Part shown: positions 46,918 through 53,393 of the stretch, piece after piece
Position numbering within the stretch: position 1 is the stretch's first letter
How the letters are laid out: each line of letters begins with the position of its first letter
Assembly: GCA_000388065.2 (NCBI GenBank)
Contig: KB932209.1
From: Fonticula alba ATCC 38817
Lineage: Eukaryota > Protista > Nucleariida
Strand: one strand, 5' to 3'
DNA length: 53,393 bases
Program-made: the position numbers and the translations under genes
The notes under the pieces: generated by a model
What the model was told of the DNA's origin: nothing
The model's input: the letters and a program-made list of their open reading frames with translations, nothing else
Databases searched by the model: none

Positions 46918-48552
46918 TCAATAGTTGGTGGTCCGGGTCCGGTGGGTGGAGATGTCGGCCATGGCCGCGGCGTCGCGCTTGGCCCACTCCCACAGCAGGT
47001 AATCGATCTGCAGGGCCGTCACTGTCGGGGCAGACCGCCGGCCATGCTGGGCCGCCTGGGCCAAGGTCTGCTGCATCTCGGCTCGCAGCCGGTCGACCGC
47101 CACCACACTGGCAGCCCGAATCTCGATCTCGGCCGAGGACCCGGCATCCAGATAGGCATCGCGACCGAAGGCAGCCCCACGGCCGTAGGCCGCCCCGTAG
47201 CCAGAGGCCGAGGAGGCCGAGCCGGCGGCCCCGCCAGCGGACGAGGGGCCGGCCTGCGCACTCCGCCGCAAGCGCGCCTCCAGCGGCGGGGCGACAATTT
47301 GCAGCATGCCAATATGCCGCAGGGCCTGCGGCACGCGGTTATCAGCGAACATGGTCAGCTTTTGGATGGAGGCCGGGACGAAGGCGGCCGGGCCGCGGCC
47401 ACTTACCGCGGCCCAGGTGTCTGCCACCAGGATTTGCGCGCGCTTCAACAGCGGCACCTGGAAGGAAGGCCCCTGGCCGTGCTCGCCATCGAAGTAGGTC
47501 TCGCCGGGGGCCGGGCTGACGTGGTCCAGCCAGTCGACCGCATCCGATCCGCTGGGGGCCGGCGCGTAGATGGCCACATCGCCGGCGAAGCAGGCCGCCG
47601 GCAGGCCCGCCTGGAGGGCCCGGAGCAGGGCCTGCGCACAGGGCGGCCCGCTCCGGCCCGGGAGAGTGCCACACGCGCACAGCTGCATGCCTCCGGGTCC
47701 CGACACCTTGAGCGAGCCACACCGAGCGAAGCGGTCGACGAATTCCGCGTACGAGGTCAGCCCATGCTCGGCCAAGCCGCGGCCGGCCGCCCGAAGCAGG
47801 GCCACCCGCTCGGCCAGCAGGGGAATGCCCGGGGCGCCGGCCTCCCCGAGGAAGACCGCCTCCAGCAGGCGATCGTCTGCCGCCAGCCAGAAGGCCGGTC
47901 GTGCGACTGGCACCCCGGCCGCGGCCGCGCGCAACACCGCCGCACACAACCCGGCATAGCCCTCCTGTCGGCGACCGGCCCAGGTGACACCGAAGACGCC
48001 GCCATGCGCGGCGCCCGCCTGCCGAGCGGCCTCCACATCCTCCGGATCGGGCCAGGTGCCAAAGTTCAGCAGGTCAATGAGAAAGACAAAGTCCAGCATC
48101 TCGCGGTCGGCCAGGTCCTGCTCGGCCGGGGGGAGGGTGCTCCAGTCGTCGGTGCCGGGGGGGCTGGCGGGCTTGGCCCCCTCGGGGGTGGGGCCGGCGG
48201 CCGCCTGCCGCAGAGCCTCCAGCGCCTGATCCGCGAAGCCGGGCGCCGCCGGGTTCAGATACGCCCCGGCCCAGCGAACCAACGCCCCGGCCCGAGGATG
48301 GCTGTGGTACCGCTGCCAGGCGGCGGCTGCCTGGTTCACGTCAAAGGCCCTGAGGGCCGCCGCTGCGGCGTCCGGATCCGCCGCAGCTGGAGACGGCTGA
48401 TACTCGCCGGCCGGCGCCCCGGTGGCCAGGCGCAGCAGTTGGTCCGCCGCTTGGCGGATCTCCCGAATGTCATCGGTTGCCCGGGCTGCACGGGCCATGG
48501 TGGCGACGCGCGTGCATGCCCGCAGGACGTCCTGGCTGGAGAAGGCTTTCAT
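46918..48552 (-). CDS. QNG1: Queuosine/Q-nucleotide N-glycosylase (DUF2419, Q_salvage); possible 75-nt intron at 47632-47706
   Basis: DLLNFGTW, GYAGLCAA, IPLLAERVALLR, KRAQILVAD, LTMFADNRVPQAL, EIEIRAASV and IDYLLWE match the C9orf64/DUF2419 motif order. Confidence 0.92.
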   Translation of the reverse strand: MKAFSSQDVLRACTRVATMARAARATDDIREIRQAADQLLRLATGAPAGEYQPSPAAADPDAAAAALRAFDVNQAAAAWQRYHSHPRAGALVRWAGAYLNPAAPGFADQALEALRQAAAGPTPEGAKPASPPGTDDWSTLPPAEQDLADREMLDFVFLIDLLNFGTWPDPEDVEAARQAGAAHGGVFGVTWAGRRQEGYAGLCAAVLRAAAAGVPVARPAFWLAADDRLLEAVFLGEAGAPGIPLLAERVALLRAAGRGLAEHGLTSYAEFVDRFARCGSLKVSGPGGMQLCACGTLPGRSGPPCAQALLRALQAGLPAACFAGDVAIYAPAPSGSDAVDWLDHVSPAPGETYFDGEHGQGPSFQVPLLKRAQILVADTWAAVSGRGPAAFVPASIQKLTMFADNRVPQALRHIGMLQIVAPPLEARLRRSAQAGPSSAGGAAGSASSASGYGAAYGRGAAFGRDAYLDAGSSAEIEIRAASVVAVDRLRAEMQQTLAQAAQHGRRSAPTVTALQIDYLLWEWAKRDAAAMADISTHRTRTTNY

Positions 48553-48737
48553 GGTCGGGGGGGGCTGGGGACAATCCGGCAGAAGAGGCAGAAAAAAGGC
48601 AAATCCCGATGCAAGAGGAGAGGCAAGGGGGTGTGGTGAAGGGAAGACGATGGGCAAATGCCTCGATGGTGGAAGGAGCCACCTTGGCTCGAGGGCGGCT
48701 CGCCTTTTCTCATTGTTCCCTGGTGAAAGTCTGCGTG

Positions 48738-48738
<1 letters not shown>

Positions 48739-48834
<96 letters not shown>
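48739..48834. repeat. (GT)n microsatellite running into the 758-nt N-gap 48835-49592
   Basis: Direct inspection. Confidence 0.95.
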
Positions 48835-49628
48835 NNNNNNNNNNNNNNNNNNNNNNNNNNNNNNNNNNNNNNNNNNNNNNNNNNNNNNNNNNNNNNNNNN
48901 NNNNNNNNNNNNNNNNNNNNNNNNNNNNNNNNNNNNNNNNNNNNNNNNNNNNNNNNNNNNNNNNNNNNNNNNNNNNNNNNNNNNNNNNNNNNNNNNNNNN
49001 NNNNNNNNNNNNNNNNNNNNNNNNNNNNNNNNNNNNNNNNNNNNNNNNNNNNNNNNNNNNNNNNNNNNNNNNNNNNNNNNNNNNNNNNNNNNNNNNNNNN
49101 NNNNNNNNNNNNNNNNNNNNNNNNNNNNNNNNNNNNNNNNNNNNNNNNNNNNNNNNNNNNNNNNNNNNNNNNNNNNNNNNNNNNNNNNNNNNNNNNNNNN
49201 NNNNNNNNNNNNNNNNNNNNNNNNNNNNNNNNNNNNNNNNNNNNNNNNNNNNNNNNNNNNNNNNNNNNNNNNNNNNNNNNNNNNNNNNNNNNNNNNNNNN
49301 NNNNNNNNNNNNNNNNNNNNNNNNNNNNNNNNNNNNNNNNNNNNNNNNNNNNNNNNNNNNNNNNNNNNNNNNNNNNNNNNNNNNNNNNNNNNNNNNNNNN
49401 NNNNNNNNNNNNNNNNNNNNNNNNNNNNNNNNNNNNNNNNNNNNNNNNNNNNNNNNNNNNNNNNNNNNNNNNNNNNNNNNNNNNNNNNNNNNNNNNNNNN
49501 NNNNNNNNNNNNNNNNNNNNNNNNNNNNNNNNNNNNNNNNNNNNNNNNNNNNNNNNNNNNNNNNNNNNNNNNNNNNNNNNNNNNNNNNNNNNGGGGGGAG
49601 GGGGGTGGTCGGGAAAAGCGCACACCGC

Positions 49629-51656
49629 CTAGTCCCGAATGGGATGTGTGGAGAAGAGCAGCGCGCCCAGGGCCATGACCAGACCGGCCACGCTGTAGAG
49701 GACAACAATACCGATGGGATCGGCGCGGGTGGCACCGAGCTCCAGGATGTAGACGATGGCCGCCGAGCCGATGGCCATGAAGATCTTGTTGGAGAAGGCA
49801 TTGGCACCGGCGTAGATGCCCTCGCGGCGCTGGCCGGACCGGCGCGAATCGAAATCCACCACATCACCGTAGATGGCCGACGGGAGAATGAAGGACACCG
49901 AAGCCGGGATGGCCATGATGGCCACACCGATGAGCGTGGGGATGGCCGGGTCCGGGAAGAACTTGACAAAGGAAATGGAGAACACCAGCAGGGCCATGAG
50001 GATGGTGCTGAAGAGCATGACGATCTTCTTGCCGAAACGCTGGGCCAGCGGCCCGACGAAGGGCATGCACAGCAGGGCACCGGCAATCATGATCCCGGCA
50101 ATGAGACCCGTCCACGACTCACCGGTGCCGGGCTTCACCAGGCCGGGGTCCGGATCGTTGGGAGCCGCCTCGAGGATCTGCGTGCACAGGTATGGCAGGC
50201 CGGTCCCGACGAAGACCACACCCATGGGCAGGAAGGAGGTGATGCCGATGAGCGACCGGAAGGCCGGGTTCTTGACCGTGACGATGAGCTCCTTGACGAT
50301 GTTGTGCGGGGGCGGGCGCGGGGCATTCGGGTTCTCCTTGATCACCAGCAGGGGGACCCAGAAGCACACAAGCAGCAGGAGGCCGGCCATGGCGCCGCAG
50401 AACTGCAGACCACTGGCAAATTGGATACCCAGGAAGTTCAGCCCGTCCTGGTGGTTGGCCTGGAAGGGACCAATCATGGCACCGAGCAGGTTACCAGCAA
50501 GCGAGAAGAGGCCGGAGAAAGTGGCGAGCATGACACTGGAATGCCACATCCAGCGTGTGACGATCGGGGGGAGGGGGAGGGGGGAGAGAGAGTGAGTGAG
50601 AAAGATGTGTTTAAGGGCGGTGAGAGAGAGAGAGAAGCCAAGAAGGAAGGGGAACCGAACGGGAGGACACGGGCCGCGGCACGTCCGGCAAATGATGCGC
50701 ACCGATCGGACTTCTCGCGGGTGATCTCCGGCGAGAGGGCAGTCCAGGGAGCCGTGACGAAGGCGAACGCCACATTGTAGAGCATGAACATGAAGGTGAA
50801 ATAGACGGCGTTCTGGGTCTGGCCGGGGTGCAGGCTGTTGTTGCCGGGGTAAGGCGGGAACCAGAGAGAGGAGAAGAAGATGGCCAGGAAGGGGGCGCCG
50901 AAGAGCATGAAGGGGATACGGCGGCCGAGACGCAGGCGCGAGCGGTCCGACAGGTAGCCGACCGGCGGGTCGCAGAAGGCATTGGCGAGACGGCCAAGGA
51001 CCAGAAGGACTGTTGGGGTCGGAAGAGGGGGGGGGGAGAGAGACGGGGAAAGGAGGAGATGTGAGTTAGAAAAAGGCACACGCGCGCAGAAGAACCGGAG
51101 GGCGAGGCTCGAGCACGCACCACCGAAAACAGAGGCACTGATGCGCTGGGGCTCGCCCGGCGGCAGGTAGTAATAAGTGAGCCATTGCTACGGTATTTGA
51201 AGAGGGGAGGGTAGAGAGAGAGAGAGAGAGAGAGGGGGGGGGAGAGAGGGAGTCAGAGGCGAGAGCGGCACGGGGAAGATTCCGAAGGGGAAAACCGGGG
51301 ATGCAAGTCGGTGATATGTGGCGGGCGAGGACAGGTGGCATTGGAACGCACGTTCAGGAGGGTGTTGGAGAAAAAGGTGCCCAGCTGCGGCATGCCGTAG
51401 AGGATCTTGAGGGCCATGCTAGGCCGAGGAGCCGGGATATCCAGGCCGACATCCTCGTCCTCAAGGACCTGCATGGCAGTATCGGAGTCCAGGGCGTTGG
51501 GCCCAGTCGAGATGGTGCCGCCGCCGCCACCGGACTTGGACAGCATCGGCATGGCGTCGCTGTTGACTCCGGAGATGGGGTGCTGATTCCCGGAGAGGGT
51601 GGTTGCGGGCTTCAAAAGGGAGGAGGACTCCTGGCGGTCGGAAAGGAGAGAGTGGG

Positions 51657-51687
<31 letters not shown>

Positions 51688-52186
51688 GGGACGTGGAATT
51701 CAAGTCAGGTGTCAGTCGGACCAGTCGCGGGAAGCGACGGTGTGAGCAGGGATTGGCCATGAGCACGGGGCACGGAGCGCGCGCGCACCATTTGATCATC
51801 GAAGCCCGGGGTGGTGGACTGGCGAGTGGTCGCCGTCATGATGCCTGCTGCTGATGTGTCAACGGGCTGGGACTTTCCGTCTGTCGGGGGGGGGGAGCAT
51901 GGAGAGGGGGAGGGGAGAAAAGGGAAGGGAGCCAGGTGAGTGAGGAGTGGAAGCGATGGAGGTGTACAAAGGGGAGGGAGGACGGTAGGTGTGGCCCACG
52001 CACGCGCATCTGCATCGCCATTGATGGAATTGGCCGTGAAAAGGAGCGATGATGAGGAGGACAGGTCAGAGAAGGAGGAGGACCCATAGTTGAGGAGACC
52101 AGAGGAAGAGGCCGACGTGCCGCCGTCCAAGAGGTAGGCAGCGTGCTCGTCGGTCGAGCTGCTCCTTCTTAGGAGGGCGCGCTCAC
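49629..52186 (-). CDS. MFS transporter of the GPH/MFS_2 (glycoside-pentoside-hexuronide:cation symporter, MelB/MFSD2-like) type, multi-exon; start lies at or beyond the gap at 52187
   Basis: GRLANAFCDPPVGYLSDRSRLRLGRRIPF, PWTALSPEIT, GDVVDFDSRRSGQRREGIYAG and about 12 hydrophobic segments. Upstream exons join in phase (DADA|HGKSQ, DQM|PATT, LLN|QWLTYYY, VFG|VLLVLG, SDR|VMLATF). Confidence 0.9.
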
Positions 52187-52196
52187 NNNNNNNNNN

Positions 52197-52290
<94 letters not shown>
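52197..52290. repeat. (GT)n microsatellite beside the 10-N gap 52187-52196
   Basis: Direct inspection. Confidence 0.95.
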
Positions 52291-52292
<2 letters not shown>

Positions 52293-52946
52293 TCAACATG
52301 CATGCTGGGGGCGTTTGTTGGGGTTGGTCGGGACCTTTCCGGGCCACTAGACGTCAACAACCGGCCAAAAGGCAGCATGCCAACGGAGTGGCTCCATTCC
52401 CTGAACACCAGGCTGGAATGTACAGCCCCGGACATCGCCAGGGCCCACAGGGAGCTGGGTGGGAAAAAAAAGCGCGCGCAGATCCCGGTGCCGGTCCCCG
52501 GGTGTCCCTCCGTCCTCCGGCCGCCAGCGGGGGCCCCCTCTCCATCATGCGTCCCGGATGACTTTTCTCCCTTTCCTTGCGCTACGCCCTCCTTGCGTGT
52601 CCGGGTTCCCCCTCAGAGGCAGATCGACCTCTGACATGCGCCCCCTCTCCCGAAACGCCCAGCTCAGGCCAAGCACATCTACATCCACACGCACACACAC
52701 ACACACACACATAGACATACACATACACCAGCACCGGAAGAGAGAAATCATTTTTCGTATTTAGAAGTACAAGAAGAGGCATGTTCTCCCGTCTGCCAGG
52801 GAAGAGGGATATGAGATGAAAAGGGGGGAGAGTGGCGAGAAGAGGGGCAACTGTGTGACGCACGTGCGATACACCACACCTACAAGAACCGGCTTCTGAG
52901 CCTGGGGAAGGGGATGAATCCCGCTTCCGCACCGCTGTGTGACGGA

Positions 52947-52992
52947 GCAGAAGAAGAAGAAGAAGAAGAAGAAGAAGAAGGGAAGAAGAAGA
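52947..52992. repeat. (GAA)n microsatellite
   Basis: Direct inspection. Confidence 0.9.
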
Positions 52993-53393
52993 GGAGGGAA
53001 ATCGGCCTATGCAGATTTGCAACACGCACAGGGAAAGAAGGCACGTGGCGGGAGGAGGGGGGGACCCTCCCCTGTTGACAGATGAAAGGAGAGGAGGAAC
53101 GAAGGGAGGGGGAGAGGGAGAGAAAGAGACATCATGTGTGCACGTGTGCGCACAAATCCACACACGCGCAGACCGACGTGAGCACATAGGGCGCTAAAAA
53201 CTTCACCCCTGGCACCCCTCTCTGTGCCCCTTCCCTGACGGAGGAAGACAACACCACAAAACGAAGGGGAGGGAGGCAGGGAGGGCCTGGCTGAGAGGGC
53301 TGCGCGTGCGCGCGCACGCGCACGGGGACACGCTTTCTGGCCGCGTCGTCCGGGGGACACGCCACGAGTGTACCGTATTCTGGGGGGGAGGGG

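Noticed and set aside
46918-49678. Very long ORFs (901, 767, 458 aa) with TH/CV dipeptide runs
   Set aside because: They are inflated by the 758-N gap and the (GT)n microsatellite.
51010-51156. Apparent GC-AG intron (GCGAGC donor) in the MFS gene
   Set aside because: Reading on gives a canonical GTGCGT donor in the same phase, and the protein (YYYLPPGEPQRISASVFGVLLVLGRL) then fits the GPH family better.

Overview
Eukaryotic, GC-rich, intron-containing draft scaffold with eight N-gaps and many homopolymer and microsatellite tracts. Gene content (Homer, NDUFB4, SSU72, myotubularin, PrimPol, QNG1) and sequence style point to a unicellular opisthokont. Fonticula alba or a relative is my unverified guess. 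I built spliced models by hand for about 16 genes: Homer, a TMX-like transmembrane thioredoxin, NDUFB4, an enlarged SSU72, an unknown low-complexity protein, an N-myristoyl/CRIB/acidic-repeat protein, a catalytically dead myotubularin, PrimPol, a Sel1-repeat protein, prefoldin 1, two unknown proteins, a four-HTH protein, guanylate kinase, queuosine salvage glycosylase QNG1 and a GPH-type MFS transporter. I found no tRNA, rRNA, CRISPR array or recognisable transposase. The most notable observations are: (1) a Homer with Asn at the Gly89-equivalent position and a short coiled coil; (2) a protein with four gapless-alignable HTH-like repeats; (3) in-frame, stop-free, GT..AG-bounded inserts (candidate exitrons) in SSU72, PrimPol (encoding a CxxC-x14-CxxC motif) and QNG1, whose removal restores canonical or near-canonical spacing; (4) a GTRYGT donor consensus almost lacking +4A; (5) a co-oriented GUK1-QNG1-GPH transporter trio; (6) a MARCKS/BASP1-like CRIB protein. 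All family assignments come from remembered motifs, not database searches. Exon coordinates were counted by eye and may be off by a few bases.
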